Positions 1 to 9,394 of a stretch of 34,201 bases of DNA are shown in pieces. The position numbers and the translations under genes were made by a program. Source of the stretch: a virus (Duplodnaviria; Heunggongvirae; Uroviricota; Caudoviricetes); the IMG/VR virus record IMGVR_UViG_2563366973_000012, positions 1 through 34,201 of that record; one strand, written 5' to 3'. Every line of letters starts with the position of its first letter. Position 1 is the stretch's first letter. The notes beneath the pieces are model-generated. The model worked only from the letters and a program-made list of their open reading frames with translations. It was not told the origin of the DNA and searched no databases.

Positions 1-981
1 TTATAACGTCACTCCGCCTTTTAGTGGATTCAGAGCGACGGCATTTTGCAGATAGTCAGGCGCAAGGTGCGCATAGGCCATCGTCTGCTGAATGCTCGCA
101 TGTCCCAGAATCTGTTGCAGTGCGATTATATTGCCCCCATTCATCATGAAATGGCTTGCGAATGTATGTCGCAGGATGTGGGTTGCCTGATTGGGTGGTA
201 TATCAGGTTTCACTCTGCGTAAAATCCCGCAAAATTTCTCATAATCAACTTTGAATAATTTGGCGCTGGCCTCCTCTTTAACTTTTTTCTCCAGTTCCTC
301 AGAAATCGGCACGGTTCGCTTTTTACCGTTTTTGGTTTTCAGGAAGGTAACCCTGCAATTTGTAATCTGTGCTGGTTTTAGCGTGGCAACTTCCGTCCAT
401 CTTCCTCCAGTGCTCAGACATAAAAGCGCGACAAGTAAGTCATCACCAGCCAAAACATTTAACAGTTTTTCGATTTCTGCTTTTTCCAGGAACGTCATTT
501 CAGGGTTGGCCTCCGCCAGTGGCGGCAGTCCGTGAATTGGGTGTTGCCCGGAAAATTCATCCAATTGAATTAATTTTGTGAACATGCCGGATAATCGGTA
601 TATGTCACGGTTTATCGTTGCGGCACTGATACCATCACGTAGTCGCATGGAACGATAATCCATCAAAGCCCTTTTGCTCATCCTGCTCACTGGTATATCA
701 CCTATGCCGCTGATGGTTTTGAGTAGATGATTAAACTCTTTTGTTCCATGCTCGTGGTTTTGCCCGTGATATTTCCACCAGATGTCCAGCAACTCACTCA
801 AAGTCCGGCGGTCTGCTCGCTGGCCTCCCCATTCTTTCTGACTGGCATTGGCGATTGTGTATCGCTCAAATGCTAGTGCTTCAGCTTTTCTTTCGAATTT
901 CCTGCGGATGCGTTTTCCGTCGCGACCGCGAGGTCTAATGTCCACTTCATAGCGACCATCATCGAGCTTCTTAATTGCCAT
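1..981 (-). CDS. int: P2-type tyrosine integrase; window starts at its stop codon. Start placed at the internal Met (MAIKKLDDGRYEV) rather than the ORF-track start at 1011.
   Basis: Translation matches the recalled P2 Int N-terminus and ends with a tyrosine-recombinase C-terminal region (HxLRHTFAS...LGH...Y). Position and orientation are typical of a P2 prophage left end. Confidence 0.9.
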   Translation of the reverse strand: MAIKKLDDGRYEVDIRPRGRDGKRIRRKFERKAEALAFERYTIANASQKEWGGQRADRRTLSELLDIWWKYHGQNHEHGTKEFNHLLKTISGIGDIPVSRMSKRALMDYRSMRLRDGISAATINRDIYRLSGMFTKLIQLDEFSGQHPIHGLPPLAEANPEMTFLEKAEIEKLLNVLAGDDLLVALLCLSTGGRWTEVATLKPAQITNCRVTFLKTKNGKKRTVPISEELEKKVKEEASAKLFKVDYEKFCGILRRVKPDIPPNQATHILRHTFASHFMMNGGNIIALQQILGHASIQQTMAYAHLAPDYLQNAVALNPLKGGVTL

Positions 982-1050
982 AAGAAAGCCCTCCGGCGCT
1001 GTATTCACCATCTTGGTAGCAAATGATGAAAATGTAATCTTTATATAGAG

Positions 1051-1344
1051 TTAGCCAATCCTTTTCGCGGAGTGGTTGGACTCTGTTGACTCTGGCCCAA
1101 TGTGCGCGAGAGCCGGTGCGATTTGTCCTGCGTCCGGCGCGGTTTTATCTGTCATAAGCCATAGAGCATATTTTTGGAATGTGGGATGCATAGTGATTTT
1201 TAGCAAAGCTGTGCCACCGGGTTCAAAGTTTCCTCCTTCATATTTTTTAAGTGTACTTAGTGGTAAGTCTATGATTTCACAGAATTTTGATTGGCTTAGC
1301 CCTTCAGCCTCACGCAAGGCCTTAATCTTTTCGCTTAATTTCAT
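1051..1344 (-). CDS. C: Immunity repressor, P2 C type (97 aa)
   Basis: Small protein divergent from cox; the C-terminal segment QIAPALAH resembles the recalled P2 C repressor, while the N-terminal half differs, suggesting a different immunity specificity. Confidence 0.75.
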   Translation of the reverse strand: MKLSEKIKALREAEGLSQSKFCEIIDLPLSTLKKYEGGNFEPGGTALLKITMHPTFQKYALWLMTDKTAPDAGQIAPALAHIGPESTESNHSAKRIG

Positions 1345-1465
1345 TTGACATGGTGCCTATATAGGGACTAAATTCCCTCAAAACTGGAACCTATATAGGT
1401 TCCATTGATTTGAGAATAAACCAGCGTCTAAACGGTTTTGAGTGGTTTAGAAAGGGCTGGATCCT
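1345..1465. promoter_or_regulatory. C/cox developmental switch region with candidate operators
   Basis: CCTATATAGG occurs twice (1356-1365 and 1390-1399); the second copy lies inside an 18-bp perfect palindrome GGAACCTATATAGGTTCC (1386-1403). A 7-bp inverted repeat TCTAAAC/GTTTAGA sits at 1427-1451. All lie between the divergent C and cox starts. Confidence 0.5.
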
Positions 1466-1753
1466 ATGAGGGTACCATATATGGACGCTGAAAATTATGT
1501 GATTCAGTATCCGCTGGATGCGGTTCATGTGGATAAATTTGCTGATTTATTAGGGAAGCCAAAGACAGCCGTCAGTGAAATGGTGAAGGCAAATAAATTA
1601 CCAATTATTGAATTACGTGATCCTTGCAAACCGAAGGCTCGTGCCGGTGAAAAATGGGTTTTCATTCCTGAGTTTAATCGCGCTGTACGTGAGGCGTTTT
1701 ATAACCGACCGGTTGAACAGCGTGATGCATGGCTTTTGTGGATGGGGTTGTGA
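1466..1753 (+). CDS. cox: Cox-like excisionase/early regulator (start could instead be the ATG at 1481)
   Basis: First gene of the rightward early operon; the C-terminal RPxExRDAWLLWMGL resembles the recalled P2 Cox C-terminus. Confidence 0.6.
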   Translation: MRVPYMDAENYVIQYPLDAVHVDKFADLLGKPKTAVSEMVKANKLPIIELRDPCKPKARAGEKWVFIPEFNRAVREAFYNRPVEQRDAWLLWMGL

Positions 1754-1755
1754 TT

Positions 1756-1926
1756 ATGAATGAGCCGCGTTGTATTGCTCAGTTATTGCGTAACGAAAGC
1801 CCCAGGGCGATTGACTTCACCATCACCCACGGGAAGGGACGCAAGGGAATCATTATCCGCACCAAAAAACAGAGTCCGTTAAAGAAGGCTCTGACCTTTC
1901 TGAAAAGCCGGAGAGTCTGGAAATGA
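1756..1926 (+). CDS. Small early protein (P2 orf78 position), hypothetical
   Basis: ATG at 1756 follows the cox stop; the stop overlaps the B start (ATGA). Position only. Confidence 0.4.
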   Translation: MNEPRCIAQLLRNESPRAIDFTITHGKGRKGIIIRTKKQSPLKKALTFLKSRRVWK

Positions 1927-2423
1927 CAGTGATGACGCTTAATCTCGTTGAAAAACAGCCAGCAGCTATGCGCCGGATAATTGGTAAGCATCTGGCCGTC
2001 CCTCGCTGGCAGGATACATGTGATTATTATAATCAGATGATGGAACGCGAACGGCTAACGGTTTGCTTTCATGCGCAGTTAAAACAACGTCATGCAACGA
2101 TGCGTTTTGAAGAAATGAACGACGTCGAACGTGAACGGCTGGTTTGTGCAATTGATGAATTGCGTGGGGCATTCTCAAAACGCCGTCAGGTTGGCGCAAG
2201 TGAGTATGCATATATTAGTTTTTTAACAGTCAGTCAGCGTCGTACTTTATTTATGCATGCCGGATTGACTGAAAAAGAATTCAACCAGCCATACTGGCGC
2301 ATTAATGAAGAATCATGTTACTGGCGTGATGCTTTATTCCGTGCATTACGTGAATTATTCAGTCTGTTTGAGTATGCACCGACAATTCTGACGTCGGTAA
2401 AACCAGAGCAATATCTGCATTAA
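1923..2423 (+). CDS. B: Replication protein B (166 aa)
   Basis: Length and position match P2 gpB, and the translation is familiar from P2 B. Confidence 0.8.
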   Translation: MTVMTLNLVEKQPAAMRRIIGKHLAVPRWQDTCDYYNQMMERERLTVCFHAQLKQRHATMRFEEMNDVERERLVCAIDELRGAFSKRRQVGASEYAYISFLTVSQRRTLFMHAGLTEKEFNQPYWRINEESCYWRDALFRALRELFSLFEYAPTILTSVKPEQYLH

Positions 2424-2486
2424 GTAATTAACCAGAGTTTTTAACGCACTTAATTGTGCGGGGCTTCTTTTTGCCTGGAGAAAGTC

Positions 2487-2711
2487 ATGCATACAGTTTC
2501 TGAAAATCAGTGCGGTAAATACGCATTACTGCTGCAACAGGCCAGAACCGAAGCACAGGCCGACGCAGCGACGCGCTTTTCTTCTCATCTTGACGCCATG
2601 ATTCGCCACATCACAAAGGCGGAGTTATCCCGCGTGGAGATAGTCGAGCTGCTCAGTCAGGAGTCGGAAAAATTTCACAATATCGGATTGTCTCGCGGGG
2701 AGGTGCTTTGA
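2487..2711 (+). CDS. Early-operon hypothetical protein (P2 orf80 position)
   Basis: ATG at 2487 preceded by GGAGAA; the ORF-track start at 2454 lacks an RBS. Confidence 0.5.
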   Translation: MHTVSENQCGKYALLLQQARTEAQADAATRFSSHLDAMIRHITKAELSRVEIVELLSQESEKFHNIGLSRGEVL

Positions 2712-3010
2712 TGTCCTGTTCTCATTCAGTTGTATTACTGAATAACGCCTTAAAAATCGCCGTTATGGAAAATGGTGATTTGTCTCTTATTCAACTTTGT
2801 CTTGATAAAGAAAAACGCGACATAACTGAATCTGTTATCGCGATTTATCAGAATGAATTAAACCTCCTGTCTGATGTGGTCAATTTACTTGTTAAACGTG
2901 CTGTATTCCACAAGCAAATTTCCTCAGTGGATGAACTGACAAAATTAACGACAGAACTCGCCAGTTATTGCGCTGATGTATCCAGGAAACTTAACGATAA
3001 AAGGAGCTGA
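2711..3010 (+). CDS. Early-operon hypothetical protein (P2 orf81 position)
   Basis: ATG at 2711 overlaps the upstream TGA (TGATG). The ORF-track start at 2708 is a TTG. Confidence 0.5.
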   Translation: MSCSHSVVLLNNALKIAVMENGDLSLIQLCLDKEKRDITESVIAIYQNELNLLSDVVNLLVKRAVFHKQISSVDELTKLTTELASYCADVSRKLNDKRS

Positions 3011-3012
3011 TA

Positions 3013-3237
3013 ATGCCGGACAACGTAGATTTTATTCAGGAACAACAGGCTGAATTACTGGAGCGCCAGATTAACGCGGCAAGGGGTAAACATTGCGGTG
3101 TTTCTTCGCTGGTTTGCGAAGAGTGTGACGCTCCAATACCTGCTGCCCGTCGTGCGGCTTATCCGTCAGCCACGCGTTGTGTTTCCTGTCAGTCAGTCTT
3201 TGAAGCAAAAAACAAACATTACCGGAGAACGGCATGA
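3013..3237 (+). CDS. TraR/DksA-family C4 zinc-finger protein (P2 orf82 position)
   Basis: Strong RBS AAGGAG upstream; CxxC...CxxC pattern (CEECD...CVSC) in a 74-aa protein. Confidence 0.7.
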   Translation: MPDNVDFIQEQQAELLERQINAARGKHCGVSSLVCEECDAPIPAARRAAYPSATRCVSCQSVFEAKNKHYRRTA

Positions 3238-3509
3238 GTATTCGTATTGAAATTGGCGAACGTTATGTCGTTACCAGTGACAGCTTTCAGTTTATTCTCC
3301 ACGAGAAAAAGAGAGCGGAAAGCGGTAAAAACGCCGGTCAGGAATGGCTGGCGGTGGTTGGTTATTACCCGAAATTAAGCCAGCTCGTTTCCGGCCTGAT
3401 GCATCACGATATTCTGACCGGAAGCGCAACGTCTTTTGCTGATTTAAACGCGCAGGTTGAGCAACTCAGCAAGCGTTGTTCAGAGGCTTTTGGCTCATAT
3501 GGCCGTTAA
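3234..3509 (+). CDS. Early-operon hypothetical protein (P2 orf83 position)
   Basis: Start overlaps the upstream stop (ATGA); position only. Confidence 0.5.
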   Translation: MSIRIEIGERYVVTSDSFQFILHEKKRAESGKNAGQEWLAVVGYYPKLSQLVSGLMHHDILTGSATSFADLNAQVEQLSKRCSEAFGSYGR

Positions 3510-5781
3510 AGCCTCCGGGCGTTTTGTCCCTCCGTCAGCATTTGCCGCAGGCACCGGTGAGACGTTTACCGGTGCTTATGCATGGAACGCGCCACGCGAG
3601 GCCGTCGGGCGCGAAAGACCCCTTACACGTGACGAGATGCGTCAGGTGCAAGGTGTTTTATCCACGATTAATCGCCTGCCTTACTTTTTGCGCTCGCTGT
3701 TTACTTCACGCTATGACTACATCCGGCGCAATAAAAGCCCGGTGCACGGGTTTTATTTCCTCACATCCACTTTTCAGCGTCGTTTATGGCCGCGCATTGA
3801 GCGCGTTAATCAGCGCCATGAAATGAACACCGACGCGTCGTTGCTGTTTCTGGCAGAGCGTGACCACTATGCGCGCCTGCCGGGAATGAATGACAAGGAG
3901 CTGAAAAAGTTTGCCGCCCGTATCTCATCGCAGCTTTTCATGATGTATGAGGAACTCAGCGATGCCTGGGTGGATGCGCATGGCGAAAAAGAATCACTGT
4001 TTACGGATGAGGCTCAGGCTCACCTGTATGGTCATGTTGCTGGCGCTGCACGAGCTTTCAATATTTCCCCTCTCTACTGGAAAAAATACCGTAAAGGACA
4101 GATGACCACGAGGCAGGCTTATTCTGCCATTGCCCGTCTGTTTAACGATGAGTGGTGGACTCATCAGCTTAAAGGCCAGCGTATGCGCTGGCATGAGGCG
4201 TTACTGATTGCTGTCGGGGAGGTCAATAAAGACCGTTCTCCTTATGCCAGTAAACATGCCATTCGTGATGTGCGTGCGCGCCGCCAGGCAAATCTGGAGT
4301 TTCTTAAATCATGTGACCTTGAAAACAGGGAAACCGGCGAGCGCATCGACCTTATCAGTAAGGTGATGGGCAGTATTTCTAATCCTGAAATTCGCCGGAT
4401 GGAGCTGATGAACACCATTGCCGGTATTGAGCGTTACGCCGCCGCAGAGGGTGATGTGGGGATGTTTATCACGCTGACCACGCCGTCAAAGTATCACCCG
4501 ACACGTCAGGTCGGAAAAGGAGAAAGTAAAACCGTCCAGCTTAATCACGGCTGGAACGATGAGGCATTTAATCCAAAGGATGCGCAGCGTTATCTCTGCC
4601 GCATCTGGAGCCTGATGCGCACGGCATTCAAGGATAATGATTTACAGGTCTACGGTTTGCGTGTCGTCGAGCCCCACCACGACGGAACGCCGCACTGGCA
4701 TATGATGCTTTTTTGTCATCCACGCCAGCGTAACCAGATTATCGAAATCATGCGTCGCTATGCGCTCAAAGAGGATGGTGACGAAAGAGGAGCCGCGCGA
4801 AACCGTTTTCAGGCAAAGCACCTTAACCGGGGCGGTGCTGCGGGATATATCGCGAAATACATTTCAAAAAACATCGACGGCTATGCACTGGATGGTCAGC
4901 TCGATAACGATACCGGCAGGCCGCTGAAAGACACTGCCGCGGCTGTTACCGCATGGGCGTCAACGTGGCGCATTCCGCAATTTAAAACGGTTGGCCTGCC
5001 GACAATGGGGGCTTACCGTGAACTACGCAAATTGCCTCGCGGCGTCAGCATTGCTGATGAGTTTGACGAACGCGTCGAGGCTGCACGCGCTGCCGCAGAC
5101 AGTGGTGATTTTGCGTTGTATATCAGCGCGCAGGGTGGGGCAAATGTTCCGCGCGATTGTCAGACTGTCAGGGTTGCCCGTAGCCCGTCGGATGAAGTTA
5201 ACGAGTACGAGGAAGAAGTCGAGAGAGTGGTCGGCATTTACGCGCCGCATCTCGGCGCGCGTCATATTCATATCACCAGAACGACGGACTGGCGCATTGT
5301 TCCGAAAGTGCCGGTCGTTGAGCCTTTGACTTTAAAAAGCGGCATCGCCGCGCCTCGGAGTCCTGTCAATAACTGTGGAAAGCTCACCGGTGGTGATACT
5401 TCGTTACCGGCTCCCACGCCTTCTGAGCACGCCGCAGCAGTGCTTAATCTGGTTGATGACGGTGTTATCGAATGGAATGACCCGGAGGTCGTGAGGGCGC
5501 TCAGGGGCGCATTAAAACACGGCCTGAGAAGACCAAACCGTCAGCAAAGAAACGGAAGCCCGTTAAAACCGCATGAAATAGCGCCATCGGCCAGACTGAC
5601 CCGGTCGGAAAGAATGCAAATTACCCGTATCCGCGTTGACCTTGCTCAGAACGGTATCAGGCCGCAGCGATGGGAGCTTGAGGCGCTGGCGCGTGGTGCG
5701 ACCGTAAATTACAACGGGAAAAAATTTACGTATCCGGTCGCTGATGAGTGGAGTTGGTTTTATTGTTATTCAGAGCAATAA
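3499..5781 (+). CDS. A: Rolling-circle replication initiator endonuclease gpA (HUH family)
   Basis: HUH motif HWHMMLF and tyrosine pair in GYIAKYISKNIDGY are present. Start placed at the ATG at 3499 (MAVKASGRF, the recalled P2 A N-terminus) rather than 3457, which would overlap the preceding gene by about 50 nt. Confidence 0.9.
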   Translation: MAVKASGRFVPPSAFAAGTGETFTGAYAWNAPREAVGRERPLTRDEMRQVQGVLSTINRLPYFLRSLFTSRYDYIRRNKSPVHGFYFLTSTFQRRLWPRIERVNQRHEMNTDASLLFLAERDHYARLPGMNDKELKKFAARISSQLFMMYEELSDAWVDAHGEKESLFTDEAQAHLYGHVAGAARAFNISPLYWKKYRKGQMTTRQAYSAIARLFNDEWWTHQLKGQRMRWHEALLIAVGEVNKDRSPYASKHAIRDVRARRQANLEFLKSCDLENRETGERIDLISKVMGSISNPEIRRMELMNTIAGIERYAAAEGDVGMFITLTTPSKYHPTRQVGKGESKTVQLNHGWNDEAFNPKDAQRYLCRIWSLMRTAFKDNDLQVYGLRVVEPHHDGTPHWHMMLFCHPRQRNQIIEIMRRYALKEDGDERGAARNRFQAKHLNRGGAAGYIAKYISKNIDGYALDGQLDNDTGRPLKDTAAAVTAWASTWRIPQFKTVGLPTMGAYRELRKLPRGVSIADEFDERVEAARAAADSGDFALYISAQGGANVPRDCQTVRVARSPSDEVNEYEEEVERVVGIYAPHLGARHIHITRTTDWRIVPKVPVVEPLTLKSGIAAPRSPVNNCGKLTGGDTSLPAPTPSEHAAAVLNLVDDGVIEWNDPEVVRALRGALKHGLRRPNRQQRNGSPLKPHEIAPSARLTRSERMQITRIRVDLAQNGIRPQRWELEALARGATVNYNGKKFTYPVADEWSWFYCYSEQ

Positions 5782-5897
5782 ACATCTGATTTAATTTGTT
5801 GCATAATAGTAAAATTGCTGTTTATCTGCATGTGTTAACTATTGATAATTATGTTGCTAATAATGTGTGCAAATTTATACTGAAAAAGGTGAAAACG
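5782..5897 (+). promoter_or_regulatory. AT-rich leader of the hotspot cargo gene with promoter-like hexamers
   Basis: TAAAAT at 5810-5815; TTGCTA-16 nt-TATACT at 5854-5881; RBS AAGGTG at 5886-5891. No experimental support; the hexamer choice is ambiguous. Confidence 0.25.
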
Positions 5898-7727
5898 ATG
5901 AATGATATCTTTGTTCTTACAAGGGAAGAGCTTGAAACACTAGATTATAGTGTTTTTATGCATATACCAGTTACATTTCATGCACATAAAATAAAAAAAT
6001 ATCTGGATGGGATTGCTGAATCATCAGAAAACCCCAAAGAGAAAAAATTAGCATCTCTTTTTGGTATGCTATATAGTTTCAATTTGCAAGTTGTTAACAA
6101 CACTCCATCATTTGAACCCCAAATGATTTGGGGTAATAAAAGATCAATATTGCCTGAAGATTTTGATGAGCAGGTGAATGACTGTCTTTTATATGTTTCT
6201 CAAAAAATAACCAATCCATTTTTGTTATCAAGAATATATGATGTTGTTTGGTGTAATAATCGGAAAAATAAAGACGTGGCAATTAAAGCAATTGATTCCT
6301 ATGCTGAAATGCTAAATATAGCAATTGAAAAGCTAATAATAAAAAACGAAAGCATGGATGAAAGTGATTTAAATTGCTTTATTTTTGCTCGTGATTATAT
6401 TGCTAGGGCTTTGCACATTAATAAAATGGTCTACCCTAGAAAATCAGAAGGAAACATGGCGATTAAAAATGCCATTCATTCTCTTTATAGTATTCAAAAT
6501 GAAAGATTAATCTTTGAAGGTTTCAATAATTTGACTTGGTTTATGGTGCGTGATTTTGATGGGTATAATCTGCAGTATGCGGAAAATGCTGAGAAGATGG
6601 CTGAGCAGCATAAAGATAAAAAATATTATGATGCTGTAAAATCACTTTATATGACAAGTGCAGTTATTTATGAAAAAAATGGTGAGTATGAACGTGCCAA
6701 GAGATGTAAACTGGCATCTGCAAATATTACTATTAAAGTTGCAACAGATCGACCTGATAATATGGGTAAGATCTCTTGGTTAAGAACAGCTATCTCTGAA
6801 TTAAGACAGTACGGTGGTGATAGCCAACAGATAGAAGATTTAAAGGAACAACTTGCTAATTTGAGAGAAGAAGTAAGGAGTGAATATGTCACTTTAAGCC
6901 ATTCTATTGATATTAGTGACTTGGTTGCTGAAAGTGAAAAAAAACTGACGGGGCGTTCTTTGCCCGATATATTCAAAGTTTTAATGAGTGAAACACCGAT
7001 TGAAAATATTGAAAGCATGAGGGAACAAGTTTTAAAATTATCAGAAAAAAGTTTATTCTCTAGTTTTGTTGGAACAGAAATTAATGATGAGAGTGGGCGT
7101 AAGATATATACAATCCCGCCGTTGGATAATAAAAAAGATATGAGTGATGATGTTGTTATTGATCAATATCTAAGAAATTTCGAGATTACTCATAAGATTT
7201 TTGTAAACGGTGTCTTTGAACCTGCTCGCTATGTACTTTCTCAAGAACATGGCTTGACGTTGTCAACATTCGTTAAATTGGTTACAACTAGTCCAATTGT
7301 CAAGCCGGAGTTTAGGGAGATTTTTAATTTGGGCTTTTACAAATTATGGCAGGGAGATTACATCAGTGCAGCTTATCTTTTAATACCACAAATGGAAGGT
7401 ATGGTTCGTTATTATTATGAGCTTAGCGGAAAGGATGCTACTAGATATTTGGATAAGGGATTAGAGGAGTCAACAAGTATTTCTCAGCTTCTAGATAAAT
7501 GCAGAGATGATTTGGAAAGTATCTTTTCTAAAAATCTTGTTTTGACTATCGATGTTCTTTTTAACAGAAAGAGTGGGGCAACCTTAAGACATAAATTAGC
7601 ACATGGTAATTTATATACTAATGCTTGTTACGATGAAACAACGACATATGCGTATTTTCATGAAAGGAGATCACTCAATAACTTCCATCGAGATCGGGTA
7701 ATAACATTTGAACAGATCGCTGAATAA
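5898..7727 (+). CDS. Hotspot cargo protein, 609 aa, unknown family; candidate anti-phage/abortive-infection effector with a C-terminal R-x4-H motif (RHKLAH)
   Basis: Long uninterrupted ORF with RBS AAGGTG 7 nt upstream of the ATG at 5898. Strongly AT-rich compared with the backbone. It sits where P2 carries tin/old. The last 6 codons and the stop lie inside the IS21 inverted repeat. Confidence 0.7.
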   Translation: MNDIFVLTREELETLDYSVFMHIPVTFHAHKIKKYLDGIAESSENPKEKKLASLFGMLYSFNLQVVNNTPSFEPQMIWGNKRSILPEDFDEQVNDCLLYVSQKITNPFLLSRIYDVVWCNNRKNKDVAIKAIDSYAEMLNIAIEKLIIKNESMDESDLNCFIFARDYIARALHINKMVYPRKSEGNMAIKNAIHSLYSIQNERLIFEGFNNLTWFMVRDFDGYNLQYAENAEKMAEQHKDKKYYDAVKSLYMTSAVIYEKNGEYERAKRCKLASANITIKVATDRPDNMGKISWLRTAISELRQYGGDSQQIEDLKEQLANLREEVRSEYVTLSHSIDISDLVAESEKKLTGRSLPDIFKVLMSETPIENIESMREQVLKLSEKSLFSSFVGTEINDESGRKIYTIPPLDNKKDMSDDVVIDQYLRNFEITHKIFVNGVFEPARYVLSQEHGLTLSTFVKLVTTSPIVKPEFREIFNLGFYKLWQGDYISAAYLLIPQMEGMVRYYYELSGKDATRYLDKGLEESTSISQLLDKCRDDLESIFSKNLVLTIDVLFNRKSGATLRHKLAHGNLYTNACYDETTTYAYFHERRSLNNFHRDRVITFEQIAE

Positions 7728-7841
7728 CATCGATGGAGATCACTTTTGACTCATTTTGTTATTCAGTGATCTCCATCAATGTTATTGGAACTTCACAGGT
7801 GTGTTGATCTGTATCTTTTGCCATTCCGGTAAAGGATACCT

Positions 7842-9383
7842 ATGCCAACAGTTCCAATTTCTATGAGAAAACTTAAAGAAATTCTTAGGCTTAAATACGG
7901 TGTTGGACTCAGCCATCGACAAATTGGTCGTAGTCTTGCAATCTCCCCTTCCGTTGTATCCAGATATGCTAATCGGGCGGCTCAACTTGGCATAAAGCAG
8001 TGGCCCTTACCTACAGGATGGGATGATACAAAACTAAAACATGCGTTCCTTCAGACCCAGGTTAAGATGAAGAAGCACTCTCTGCCTGACTGGGCTACAG
8101 TACACCGGGAACTGCGTAATAAATGCGTGACGCTGCAGCTACTCTGGGAAGAATACTGTGAGCGTAATCCAGGCGGTTTTTACAGCTATAACCATTACTG
8201 CCGGATGTACCGTGAATGGCTCAAAACCACTTCACCATCAATGCGTCAGGTACATAAAGCTGGCGAAAAACTTTTCGTTGATTACTGTGGACCTACCGTT
8301 GGCGTTACCGACCCTGAGACCGGAGAAATAAGAACTGCTCAGGTCATCGTAGCTGTTCTCGGGGCATCAAGTTACACATGGGCAGAGGCCACCTGGTCTC
8401 AGCAGCTTGAAGACTGGGTGATGAGTCATGTTCGCTGCTTCCAGTGGTTGGGTGGCGTTCCTGAACTTGTTGTTCCGGACAATCTGAAAAGCGCCACATC
8501 CAGGGCATGTAAGTATGATCCTGACGTTAACCCTACCTACCAGCAGATGCTTGAGCATTATAATGTCGCAGTTTTGCCTGCGCGGCCACGTAAACCGAAA
8601 GATAAAGCCAAAGCTGAAGTTGGCGTTCAGGTTGTTGAACGCTGGATCATGGCCCGAATCAGGCATGAGATCTTCTACAGCCTTGCATCGCTTAATCAGC
8701 GCATTCGGGAGTTGCTGGAAAGACTGAATAACAAAATAATGCAGAAGTTGGGTTATTCACGTGCAGAACTCTTCATCCAGCTTGATAAACCCGCACTGAA
8801 GCCTCTTCCTGAAGCCAGTTACAGTTACACCCTGGTGAAGAAAGTCAGAGTTCATGCCGATTACCACGTGGAAATCGACAAACATTACTACTCGGTTCCA
8901 TGTTCGCTGTTAGGCCAGCAACTGGAAGCATGGATCTCCGGAGAACTGGTAAGACTCTTCAATCAGGGGCAGGAGGTTGCTGTGCACCCGCGCAAGCGTA
9001 CTTATGGCTACAGTACCCGCAACGAGCACATGCCTGAAGCTCATCGACAGCATGCCACCTGGACGCCAGAGCGTCTTCTGGAATGGGCGGGGCACATAGG
9101 CAGTGAAACTCATAGTTATGTGCTTCATATACTGAACTCTCGTCCACATCCGGAACAAAGCTATCGCTTCTGCCTTGGACTCCTGAACCTTCATAAAAAA
9201 TACAGTAAAGCCAGACTTAATGCAGCATGTGCAAGAGCTCTGAAAACAAAGGTATGGCGTCTGTCAGGTATTAAATCGATCCTGGAAAAAGGTCTGGATA
9301 AACAACCTGTTCAGGATCCAAAACCAGATCTGTTATCCACGATGGAACACGAAAACGTACGCGGCAGTGAGTATTACCACTGA
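7842..9383 (+). CDS. istA: IS21-family transposase IstA (513 aa)
   Basis: N-terminal HTH-like region followed by an integrase/DDE-type core, immediately followed by istB; typical IS21 two-gene layout. Confidence 0.85.
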   Translation: MPTVPISMRKLKEILRLKYGVGLSHRQIGRSLAISPSVVSRYANRAAQLGIKQWPLPTGWDDTKLKHAFLQTQVKMKKHSLPDWATVHRELRNKCVTLQLLWEEYCERNPGGFYSYNHYCRMYREWLKTTSPSMRQVHKAGEKLFVDYCGPTVGVTDPETGEIRTAQVIVAVLGASSYTWAEATWSQQLEDWVMSHVRCFQWLGGVPELVVPDNLKSATSRACKYDPDVNPTYQQMLEHYNVAVLPARPRKPKDKAKAEVGVQVVERWIMARIRHEIFYSLASLNQRIRELLERLNNKIMQKLGYSRAELFIQLDKPALKPLPEASYSYTLVKKVRVHADYHVEIDKHYYSVPCSLLGQQLEAWISGELVRLFNQGQEVAVHPRKRTYGYSTRNEHMPEAHRQHATWTPERLLEWAGHIGSETHSYVLHILNSRPHPEQSYRFCLGLLNLHKKYSKARLNAACARALKTKVWRLSGIKSILEKGLDKQPVQDPKPDLLSTMEHENVRGSEYYH

Positions 9384-9394
9384 TACGGGATCCA

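Noticed and set aside
3457-3498. Upstream start for gene A at 3457, and similar N-terminal extensions for int (1011), O (13570), L (16415), ogr (33138) and P (13492)
   Set aside because: The extended starts overlap upstream genes or lack an RBS. The internal starts reproduce the P2 protein N-termini as I recall them and have better spacing.
6094-7018. Minus-strand ORFs (6094-6282, 6668-7018) inside the 609-aa cargo gene as possible antitoxin or partner genes
   Set aside because: They are antisense to the long ORF, lack RBSs and have low-complexity translations; more likely chance ORFs in AT-rich DNA.
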